Of a stretch of DNA of 64,000 bases, positions 50,601 to 62,600 are shown in pieces. A program made the translations under genes and the position numbers. How positions within the stretch are numbered: position 1 is the stretch's first letter; the number at the start of each line of letters is the position of its first letter. Source of the DNA: Podarcis vaucheri (Eukaryota); assembly GCA_965113315.1 (NCBI GenBank), contig OZ220370.1; one strand, written 5' to 3'. The notes under the pieces are model-generated. The model was not told the DNA's origin. It ran no database searches and saw only the letters and a program-made list of their open reading frames with translations.

Positions 50601-53600
50601 ATTTTATGCAATTGTCTTATTGTGATGAATGCTTATGATTTTTATATTTTGGACAAAGTTTAACCTTGATAACACATTTTGTAGGACCACAGCTAAGACA
50701 AATGGGGAAATGCTGTGGGTGTATAATCATAACTGAAACCTTTCATCCTTGTTTGTAGTGAAAACAGCAGAACATATGAAGGGCTAATAAAATCTTTCAG
50801 AATGTAGTTTAACACAGCATCAAAAGAAAAGACAAATACCTGTGTTTTAAGGGTTCTTTCAGTGTTCAAGTTCTTTTCATACTGCATTTTTATGGTATTT
50901 ATTTCTTCTTCTTTCTTCAATATATAATCTGTTGACAATATTAAGTATTAAGGTTAAGCAAGGCCTTTTATGACATTGAAATAACTGCACCTTACTTGGT
51001 TCCCTCCCCCATCAATCATTATTTCATTTTTATTAATGTAACCAAATGGTTATGCCAGTGCATAATCATTCTGGAATGATTCAATATTTGTACTCTTAGG
51101 ATGATTTAGTCAGATACCACCCTATTTATTTGTTTTATGAGAAGCTTTATATCCCACCTTTCCACTATGGTGAGTCACATAAAAACAAAGCAATCAATCC
51201 AAAAAACAAATTGCAATTACAAAAAGGCAGAACACAATCAAATTATGGATTGGTATGGTGCCTAAATGAAATTAGAAGAAACTATTCTACATATTAGATA
51301 AAAACGAAGACCTCAGAAAATTACCATCTAGGGTGGTAATTGAGAAATTTAAGTACTGTATACTTTTTTCATAACTCATTATCTTTTTAATAGAAACAAT
51401 TTAGATCAGGGGTGGGTAACCTGTACCCTCCTGAATATGACCCATGCTGACAGGGGCTGATGAGAGTTTTAGTCCAGCAATATTTGGAGGGCAAAAGGTT
51501 AGCCACCCCTGATTTAAATGACACTGCCAATAATTATTCTGAAACATCTTCATTTATAATAAAGAGCATGGCTCCTCCATACCTCAAACTCTAACAGTTA
51601 GATGTCCAACTTTTAGCTCAGAACAGAGATTGTTAAACTGTACACTTTACTGCAGAGGACATACCAGGCCAGTTCTATGCTTGCCTACAGAAGAAGTCCA
51701 CTAGCAAAAAGGGACACAAACAACAGAATACAGCCATCTTACAAAGGTCAGGAGCAACAGCTAACACCAGGGGTCGGCAACCTAAGGCCCATGGGCCACA
51801 AGCGGCCCACAGGGGTCGTTTAACCGGCCCACAAGCTGCCCCTGAACCGAGCCACCAGCTCAGCGAGTCCCCGCGCACTGCGCTAAACCGGCACAGCATG
51901 GCACGGGGACTTGCTTCCGCAGCGCTGGAATCGCGTCTGCACAGACGAAGATGCCGAAAATCGCAGGTGCGCTCTCATGCATGTGCGCAATCCGGCCCAC
52001 GGAGGGATCTCCACTGGAGCGAACCCACCCAGGTGAGGTAAACCTTGCCGACCCCTGGCTAACACCAAAGACCATCTTGGACAAAGGCAGGAAATAGACT
52101 GGAGTTGCGGACTTCAAGCCACTTCCTCAACTTGGTGCATTTCCTGCCTTCAGACACCAGGAGCCCTTCTGTTTGTGGAAAGAGATGTTTGGACCTAACC
52201 CACTGAAAAAAGAACTGCTCTCCGTGTATAAAAGGCTTTGATATATTTCAAAATTAATCTTTTATGGCCATTGATATGGAAATTATCACATACCTTCCTC
52301 CAGTTTCTTAATCTTCTCATTTAGTTCAGAATTTTCTTTTGTTAGAAATGCCACATCCTTGGTTAATGTATTATTTGTTTCTTCAAGCTAAGCAAGACAG
52401 GGGGAAGGCTTTGTTAAACCACTGACATCAATAAGCACATTTCAAATAAACACATTTGGGAGTCCCCCAAAATAGGGGGCGTCTTATACATGGGGGTCTT
52501 ATAGATGGAAAAATATGGTACTTTTTTTGGCTGAGAAGCACTCCTGACAGCTCGGACACATATGTAAAGCATGGAATGGCTTTTCCTATAATTTCAAGGA
52601 AGGAAACAGTTTGCATGTGTAGCCTTTGCATGTGTATGCCTCAGCTCCCTTTACTGAAATCAGAAAGTTAGCCATACCATGAAGTGCCCTTCTGTTCAGT
52701 GGGAAATGCCTCTCTCTGAGGCAGGGTCAAAACTTGAAAAGCACTACTGGCTGGCTGGAAGGGAGTTAACCCTGTTATGTGTTCTCCATTCTCCACTACG
52801 GAAAACAGAACTTCCAGTGCATATCAGAGCAATACATACCTCTGGAATAATATTTTAAAGCAGTATAAAATAGAGGATTCAAAGATGTTTTTGATACAAA
52901 ATAGCAAGTTGTGTTGTAATGTGTTTATTGCACAGCAACTTACCCGGCTTACAATATTATCCTTGTCGGCAATTTCTTGTCTGTTTCGTGATGCGGCTTT
53001 CTTGCTCTCCTGAGTCAATTCAAAATACTGCTCCTCAAGGAGAGCTCGGGCCAACTGCTCAGATTCAGCTTTTGTTTCAGCCAGATCTAGCTGCGCAGCA
53101 AGAGTTTCTCTACAACAAAAAGTTAATATTTTTTCCAAAGTAGTAATGTGTAGTGTTTAAAGACCAAGACTGCAGAGAACCAGTCACTATCTCCCAGGCT
53201 AACCTATCTCATAGAGTTGTTGTGAAAACAAAATGGGGTGGAATTATATTTGCTACCTTGAGCTCCTTGATGGAAAGCTATGAAATAAATGTAGCATATA
53301 ATTTATACATACTTTTTCCAAACAAAATATGAGCCATGTTGTCTTTCTAATAAAACACAATAAAACAAAAAGTCTGTTCCAGAGAACACAGGCGCTATTG
53401 CAGGGGGAAAGAGCAAGGTCTTCTTCTCAATGTCCCTCTGTATGTTACAATCGTTTAATACTTGTATTTTTTTATTTGCTTGCAGAACTAAAATTTGTGT
53501 CAACATATACTGTGTACACAGTATTCTAGAATATGCTGTTCTGCTCTTAACTTGGGAGCAAAAACAAATAAAAATGTACAGTTTTTACTCAAGTACAACT

Positions 53601-56600
53601 TTGTATACCTACACTTCCAGCATATGTAATTTCCTACTATTTTATGAAGATAACATTTTATTTCTAGGCAAAATTAAAAACACACAGTATGCATTCTCGT
53701 GAGAAACTTGAAGCAGGAATGTCTCCACAATTAGAGGGGCTGAGTACATGCTTCACTTTCTAATTAAAATAAACAGGTGCTTAGTAATGGAGATTGTGCT
53801 TCTAACATTTACTTACTTCTCATTTTGTAATTCCTGTATTTTTTTCTGAGTTTCTTTATTCTTCTCCTCAATTTCTTCTTTAAGTTCTTTAACCTGAGTT
53901 TTGTATAGAGTCTGCAAATTAAAAAATCAAATACAAATCTATCATATTGTGCTCAATAATACGTCTAACCATTCAAACATTCTTTATTACAGGACACATA
54001 AAAAAATACTGGCACATTATTTTCTACTTACTGTATATTCTTCTATCATTCTGAACATTTATTAAACACTTTTCAGGTATTGTCAGGGATTTGGGCAAAG
54101 GAGGAGTGGTGGAAACCGCCTCCCCATCCTGTCCCTTCCAGGGAGGAAGAAGAGGAAGACACTGTAGATTTACAACTGTGGTTTGCAGAAGGTCACAGCT
54201 CAGGGACAAATTAGGGGGAAAGTTGGGAAATAATGGGAGAGGAGGAGCAGCTGGCTGACACATCACTAGAAAGCATTCCAGACCCACCATCTCACAGAAC
54301 CCACCAAGCCTTAAAAGTAAGAGAGCAAAGAGCTTGAAGACAGAGGGCACATAGTGGCACCCATAGAGGAGATGATGAAGAAGAAAAATGAGGAAGTGGG
54401 AGAGAAGGTGGGGGTGGAGATTCACTCGGAACAACGCCATTATCCAAGAGGCTGGGTTCTATAGCCTCTCTCTGTAAAGTTTGAAATAAAAAAGGACTGT
54501 AAAAAACTTTTCCTTGTCTTCATACTTCCCTAAGCAATCAGCTGGGAGTTGCTGACAGCACCCTGACAGGTATAGGCAATATCTCAGAGAGGTTTAAAAT
54601 ATGATTAAGCAAAGCAATAAAGCAAGCAACACAGAACAAGTCTATAAATTCCTATAAAATCATAACCTTCACAAGAAACTACAATGATATGCTCCAATGT
54701 GAGCTAAGTCAGATGCATCACTGCCCAGTCTAGTGCATGGAAGGCTTCCAGGTGAAGGGGCAACAATCTGGTTCCTTCCTACCTGTAACGTGGACTTTCC
54801 TAGTTGTGTTGTCCATCCATATTTGAACATCAGAGATGAGCAATGTGTGGGTGAGGTGTTTCAGCATCAGGTGGGCAACTCACAGCTCCAGTCACTTGAC
54901 AAGAATGCTGGGCTTCTGGCCTGGTCCTGCTGCTCGGGACATGCTGGCCCACTAGTGGGTTTTCCAGTTCCTGAGGCTAGCATCCATTGTGATAGTTAGG
55001 GGTGGTAGGTTCTTTAGGGGAACCCCTGCTATCAGGTGCACTGGAGTTGCCCCACCACCAAAAGGGCCATTTGATATAGGCCACCAGGAGGATCTGACAA
55101 TGTCTACAATTGGCTATGATGTATAGTGGGAGGGTCAGGAGTGGTGTGTGGCCCATGGTGTGATCCCTATAACTAATGCCATCAAATTCAACAGCTGAGC
55201 TAACATCATTACATTTGATATCCCTAGCAGAAGTCAGCAAATGACCACCCTGATTTTGATGGCTCCCAAGTGCTACATCCCAAGGGATGTAGTTGCTTTT
55301 TGTTGCATTGACTACGAAACCATGGCCCTTGAGGGTTGCTAGCACTATCTGCACATTGTCTTCCACTTCTGTCTGTTTTTCCTGTCCTTATCATTACCTC
55401 TTTACCCATTTTCCCTCCCCAGGCACAAACATTATATGAAGCTAATAAAGAAAGTCACTACTATTGGGATTATACAATGTTACCATATCATCACTCAGAA
55501 AAATTGCTTGTGTAATGTACAAGTGGACAGCTTACAGAAAAGTACTGTTCAGCTTCTAGTTGATCTTGCAGTTCACGCATCTGGCCTTCATTCCCTCTGT
55601 ACTGCCTTTGAGAGGAGAAAAATAATAAAGAGCTTTCTACATATTAACCAAAGACCTGCTGGCAACATATTATCTGGTAATTTTTAACCCACACAACCCT
55701 CTCTATCCCATCCCCACATTACATAGTAAATCAGCAGACTTCTGCTCCCCACCACCAAATTCAAAAAATCTCTCATTTTTGACATAGCATTCAAATCCCT
55801 AATACACATTCAAATAAAATACTTCTCAACTGAAGGAGTTTATACAATAAACTATCAGTCATCAAGTGCTGGCTAAACATCCAAGTTGTGCATGAAGTAT
55901 GAAATAAGCCTTTAGACAGCTTAAACTTCTGAAGGGGTTCGTCTTACTCCAAGGTTTTAATTTAAGGTTATACGTTCCCTCAAATGATTTTCAGCTGAAA
56001 CTTCAAACTGGAACAAGTGCTTCGTTTTGATTAGTTCATTCGTAAGAAAACTAGAAAATAAGCAGTGCACTTCTGCTTAAAAGACAAGAAACAAACCCTG
56101 TGGCATCTACTTTTATAGCATTAACCTGAAATGTGATCATATAAACAGATCTTACTAAACAAAGATATTCATGTACTGAAATGTATGCATATTTGAATAC
56201 AGAAAAGCACTCAGTAACATTTGTAACATTATGGGGTGAAGCAGCTGATTCTAAATTGAGTTTACTTACTTTGCCAGTTGAGCCAACTCAAATTCTGCTA
56301 ATCTCTTCGCTTCCAACAACGTGTTGATCTCCTGTTTTAGCTGCTTCTCAGAACTTTTTAAGTTATCTGCCTCTATAGCATGAATCTTCAGGTCATTCTG
56401 TGTCATCACTCTCTTATTAATCTCATGCTCCAGCTGAAGTGTGATATTCTTAACCTAACCACACAATAAAATATTAGTAATATTTCATAAATAAGTTAAT
56501 GCCAGAATTTAAACATTTTTTTCTTTATACAGCAACATTCAATGCAGTATCAAAAGCTGCTTTTGAAAGTGAGTTCAGGTTTGAAAGCAGTTTGCCATCA

Positions 56601-59600
56601 CACACACAAGACTTGAACACTACACAAGCCTCTGCACACACACACAAACTGCCTTGAGCATGCAAAACAAGTTGTGTGGTTGCCTAAGCTGCCTTTATGT
56701 CCATGTACAACAGAATGTACATGGCAACATACAGAATTTCTTTACAAAGCAGCCCATCTTCCTCAATTCTAAATTTTGAAAAAAAAACAACCCATGATTT
56801 CCCCCACAATACAGCAAGGTCCTACTAATTTTATAATAATCATTTCTCTATGTATTTCCAATTTCATTAGCATATTTTGTAGCAAAGCTTTGTAGTGCAA
56901 AATACATGGCACGTAGAATCCAAATTGTATGAATTGAGAAAACATTTCCAATTACAACACTAAATTGGGGGGAAATGAATTCAGAAACTGGATTCGCATC
57001 CACATGCAAAAGCGGAGGTTTGAGGAGTTTTCTGCTTAAAGGGATATGAAGAAAGTTAAGTTTTCTTAAGTACCTCAAACTTATAGCAACTAACTTAGGC
57101 ACTTTTTATTACCTCATCTTCTAGTCTCTCTTTCTGTTCACTAAGGTGCTCCAGCTTCTGTTGAGATTGCTTCAAGTCAAAGTCTAGCATGGAACATTGC
57201 TTTTCAATCTGGACTATTCGATTTTCTGCCTTCTCTCTTGCTGATCGCTCTTCTTTCACCTTTTTTTCAATTTCTAAAGGACCAAAGATAGTACATCTTT
57301 TAAAAAATTCCAATAAAAGAATTTTATGCAGGCTGTTCTGCATACTAAATGGGCAGAGCTTCCACATTTGCAGTGGTACCTGACCAGACACCCTAACACT
57401 GTCTACTGACATTGGCCAATCAGTTACAATAATCTGATGTGGGCGGTGGTGGGGAGGCGAGACTTAGGTAGTATAAGCAGCCATAGCAGAAACTAAAACT
57501 GTCCAGAATTATTGTATGTACTGGCAGTTTCTTACTTGACTATTAGCCCCATCACCACTTCTTTACTACCATGGGCAGTAAGACTTAGCACTCAAAACTA
57601 TCTGCAAGTAGTGAGGAAAAATAAATTATTTCAACACTCACGAGGACAGTGAAGATACCTGACTGACAAGACATCTTAGTAATCTACAAAAAATTGCCAA
57701 ATGTTTGAATGTGAGTGGAGGTGTGCTGAATTAGATCGGAAGTTCATCTAGCCTAGCATCCTGTTTCCCACACTAGCCAATCAGAAGCACCATGAGAGCA
57801 AGAGCCCTCTCCCCGTGTTGTTCCCTGGCAACTGGTATTTAAAGGCATGCTGCCTCCAATCCTGGACTTAGCATGCAATGACTAAATGACTAGTAGCCAC
57901 TGATAGATTTATCTTCCACGAATTTGTCTATTCCCCTTAATAACATAAGAATCGCCACCAGGAGAGGTTCATCCACTCTAGCATCCTGTTCTTACAATGG
58001 CCAACCAAATATCTATGGGAACTCCATAGTGCACTCCATAGGATCTGAGTGCAACAGCACTATCCCCATTTGTGAGTCCCTTATGATCCAGCTGCATTGT
58101 TGGCTGTACCACATATTGTAATTGTGAATTATGTAATTTAACGTAGACAGTTTATGGAGAATCATTGTATGTCTCATTCATAGTGTTCTTTATCTACTCA
58201 AAGGGGCCTTAAGTAGATATTTTATTTTTATTATTTTATTAATTTATTATGTTTGTGTAATAAAATTTGTTTGTCTCTCTCTCTATATATATACACGTGT
58301 GTGTGTGTGTGTGTATAATTTGTATAATGATAAAACTAGTGATGACTGTGAGGAAAAAACAAGTAATACTTGTGTGCTAATACTGTTAGAAACACACTTT
58401 CCATTTCAGCACTGTTTTATTGAGCATTTCACTAGGACTGCTTCTACAGGCAGCATTTTGTTTAATGACTGGATAGGAAAGAGACATTTGAAGGCACACA
58501 TGTCCAATTTGTGCCTTTCTCCTACTGACTTACAAGTAACATTGCAGCTGTCATTTCTTTATTATATATGTAACTGGCATGTTTATCCTGTAATTATCCA
58601 AAGGAAAAATATACAAGCAATTAACAGTACTTTAACCTTGGACATGATCTTCCCTGTGAGAAGGAAGAAAAGAGTGAAGGAGGCAGGTAAAGTCAACATC
58701 ATGATTTGCTCCAGTTGGACTCTAGTTACTTATTTGTTTTAGTATTTTAAAACTGTAAACATGCCTTGGAAGACAGTATATAAATGCTATATGAACAAAC
58801 AAACGCTATAAAAACTTACCGCACATTGCAACTGACTTGGCCTCTTCTATTGACTGGTGCTTGTCAGTTAAACGAGCTTTATTTATATTATGCTCATTTA
58901 CTTCTTGCTCTAAACGCTGCTGTAATATTTTGAGTTTGTAGTTTAGATCAATTTCTAAATTATTCTTTTCCTGTAAGATATTTTTATAAGCTGAAGTTAG
59001 GTTAAGAACACCATACCATCCTTAATCTAAAAAAACATTCAGATTTCATAACACTCAATAGCTTTTTGTAATCCCATCTGCCTCAGCTTTCTTTCTTTTT
59101 TAAACTGAAAATATGACAATGAACTGCTACATTGCAAGCGAGCGACAAAGTGATGCACACACATACTTCTTTTAGCACATACAATCCACAAATATTTATG
59201 ATTGAGGACGCTTAGAATTTCACAAATGATTAACAGCTCTGCCCTGCGCTGGTGTCTCTTTACCTGCGGTTAAGTCACAAGTTATTTGTAAATGTATTTT
59301 TGAATGCCATGCTTGAGTTTCTCTGTATTATCCTCCCCCACAATGTAGCCATGGGCTTCCCACAATCCATCTGGGGACCACAGCTCATGAAAGGATGTAT
59401 TACCCTTTCCCCATGCACCGTTTCCCCACTAAACCTCCTTTGTCCCTAGAAGCTTTGGTGGGGTGATTTTTCAGGGCAATGATGGCAATGGAGCAAGGGT
59501 TAAACCACCTATATTACAAGTTCTGATAGGAACTGGGATCACTGCATCTGCATTTGGTTAAAATATATATATTGACAACCACAAGCACTGATTCAAGATG

Positions 59601-62600
59601 CATCCCAAGTAATTTTACTGCTAGGACTTTGCCTCTTCAATTCTGCTATGCTTGGAGACCCAAAAACTCTTGCTCTAACGCCTCTCATCTAACTCCACTT
59701 TTTGCATAAAGCTTTTGGTTTAATCCTTTAATCCTCACCCATAAATGAATCAAACATTCGCTTTTCCCTACCTCTAACTATCAAGATACAGACTTAAAGT
59801 CCTTTAGGGCAACAGTCTGTCCTTTTCCCCTATAATACTTGGTGAAAATATATATACATTGATGGTATCATAGCAATAAAAACAACAATAGATGCATTGG
59901 TATTAATGCCACATTTCTATCACCCTTAAAATCTTGATCCACAACTATATAAAAAATATTACATGAGCCAACGTATTCCCACTCACATCAATTGAATTAA
60001 ACAAACTTAAATTCAAACACAGCAGCTTAATTTAGATTTTATAAAATCATCCTATCAATCACATTCGCATGCTGCTTTTTATAGATTTTTAGAAATATGC
60101 ATCTGTATTCCAAGAAACAAGAAATTTATGCCTCATTGTTTTAATGATCTTACCTTTTCAGAATGATTAAGCATGTCCTGGGCCTGCTTTCTTTCTTCTT
60201 CCACTCTTTCAAGATTGTTCTTTAAACCTTTGATTTCTTCTTGTAAAGATGTAACCCGAGCTACATAAACAATTAAATAGTATAATCTGCCACAGTACTT
60301 GCACACAAAACCGAAACTATGATTTACCCACATAAAGCTCCTAACATACATCAGAGGTTGTTGGTTAATTAAAAAAAGAGACAGTGTTTCTAATGTTAGT
60401 GTTACGCTCTCAACTTGGATTAAAATTCAGTACAGTGGTATCTCAGTTTAAGAACAGTCCTGTTTACGAACTATTCGGTATACGAACTCCGCAAAACCAG
60501 GAGTAGTGTTCCGGTTAGGGAACTTTACCTCGGTCTATGAACAGAAGCCGAACAGTGGAAGGGCACTGGCGGTGGGAGGCCTCATTAGAGAAAGCGCACC
60601 TCGGTTTAAGAATGGCTTTGGTTAAAGAACAGACTTCCAGAACGGATTAAGTTTGTAAACCGAGGTACCACTGTATTGAAAGCACACTAAATTCATACAT
60701 ATATTTGATCAAAACAAAAATGAAGGCACTACAGTGGTGCCTTGGTTTAAGAACAGCTTAGTTTATGAACAACTTGGATTAAGAACGCTGCAAACCTGGA
60801 AGTAGGTGTTTGGGTTTGTGAACTTTGCCTTGGAATAAGAACATGTTTCGCTTCCTGTTGAGTGTCTTCCATTTGTAAATTGAGTCCCCTGCTGCTATGG
60901 GAAAGCACGCTTTGGTTTAAGAATGCTTTGGTTTAAGAATGGACTTCCGGAACAGATTAAGTTCTTAAACCAAGCTACCACTGTATTAGATTTACTTTGG
61001 CTTAAATTATTACCTTGTAGCTCTCCAATAATTTCTGATCCATGACTCCTATCCCTTCTTTCCACTTCCAATGCAGCTTGAAGTTGGTAATAGTCTTTTT
61101 CCACTTGTAATTTTGTGCTTTCCAGGATTCTGCATCTTTCTTGCAGTTCTCTGTTTAGGGCTTCAAACTGACTTACTGACTTGCTCATTTCTGTGTGACT
61201 CTTTCTCAACCTTGCTGCGGTATCTGACTCTGTCCTCAGTAAATCATTGGCCTCTTCAAGCTGTTGGGAGGGGAAGGGGGAGTTAAGAAAAGGTAGCAGT
61301 GGGTATCATACAACAAATGCATCCAGCTCTGTTGCATTTACCCTAAATTGATACATTATGGAGGGAAAGCAGATATAGGCATAGAAAATTGCTTACTTGC
61401 TTTTGCAACTGCGTTATTTTTTCATTTGTAATATGTGAATGCTGACTGATTTTTTTTAAGTCTTCCAGCTGATCTTTTAGCGTTGACACTAGATGCAAAG
61501 GGGAAATGTTAAATGTAAATAAACAAATAAACATGCATGTCTCTTGGAGGTGTTTTGTCTAATATTTCCAAACAGGGAAGAAAAAGAAAAAAAAACAAGC
61601 CACCAGTGCTCTGAGGCATATTCAAACACAAATATGCCCCAGTTATAATACTGAAAAGAATACGAAGATATTTATGCTGTTCAAAAAATATCCTACAAAA
61701 GAGACCGTCAGTCTTACCTGAAAGATGCTACCTGAAAGGAAATATAGCTTACCTTCATTTTCCACATTTCGACGTTTCTCATTCTCCTGCTCAATTTTTC
61801 TTTGATATTCATTTATTCTATGTTGCAGAAGCATATTTTCCTTTTCAACCTGAGTAACTGTTGATTCCAAATTTTTTCTCTGACTGCCCTGCAAGATATA
61901 TACTGCCATTTAATTTTTAACCATTTAAATTTAGTCGAAAATTAAATTCTAACCATCCCAATGAAGCTGTCAGCGGAATTCAACGTTGTGCTAATATGAT
62001 CAGCATAAGCATTTCTGCTTGCCAGACAGAACAATATCTCTCTCCCTGCCCACGGTTCTGGGAGCCGATCTAAGTGGGTGCATAGGGAGAGGAGGGGAAA
62101 CCCTGTTGCACTAGGAGGACTCACTGCACTGGCTCCCACTCAGACAACTATTTAGTTGAAACTGGTCCAAATTATTTTATTTCAGAAATTCATAATCCAT
62201 CTTTGAAAGAAAATATTCTCATGTTTTAGAGTAAAATAGAGCAATAAATATAATAATTGTGTTAGATTCCCATCATCCCTGACCACTGGTCCTGTTAGCT
62301 AGAGATGATGAGAGTTGTAGTCCCAAATATCTGGAGGGCCAAGTTTGGCCATGCCTGGGCTAGAGAGACGGCGTTCCAAGAGTAGAGATTAAAATAAATG
62401 AATCAAGACCTTGGCAAAAGTCTCTCTCTACAAGCAATCCATGGTGCAAGTCTTTACTTTCCTCATTCTCCCAAAAGGAAAGAAATCCTTCAGAGAGAGA
62501 TTTGTTTTATTTGCAATAATAAATGATTGACGAAAGAAATCACATGTATGCAAGTAAAATTCTAACACCATTATTTTAAAAAATGGGGGGAAACTAATTC

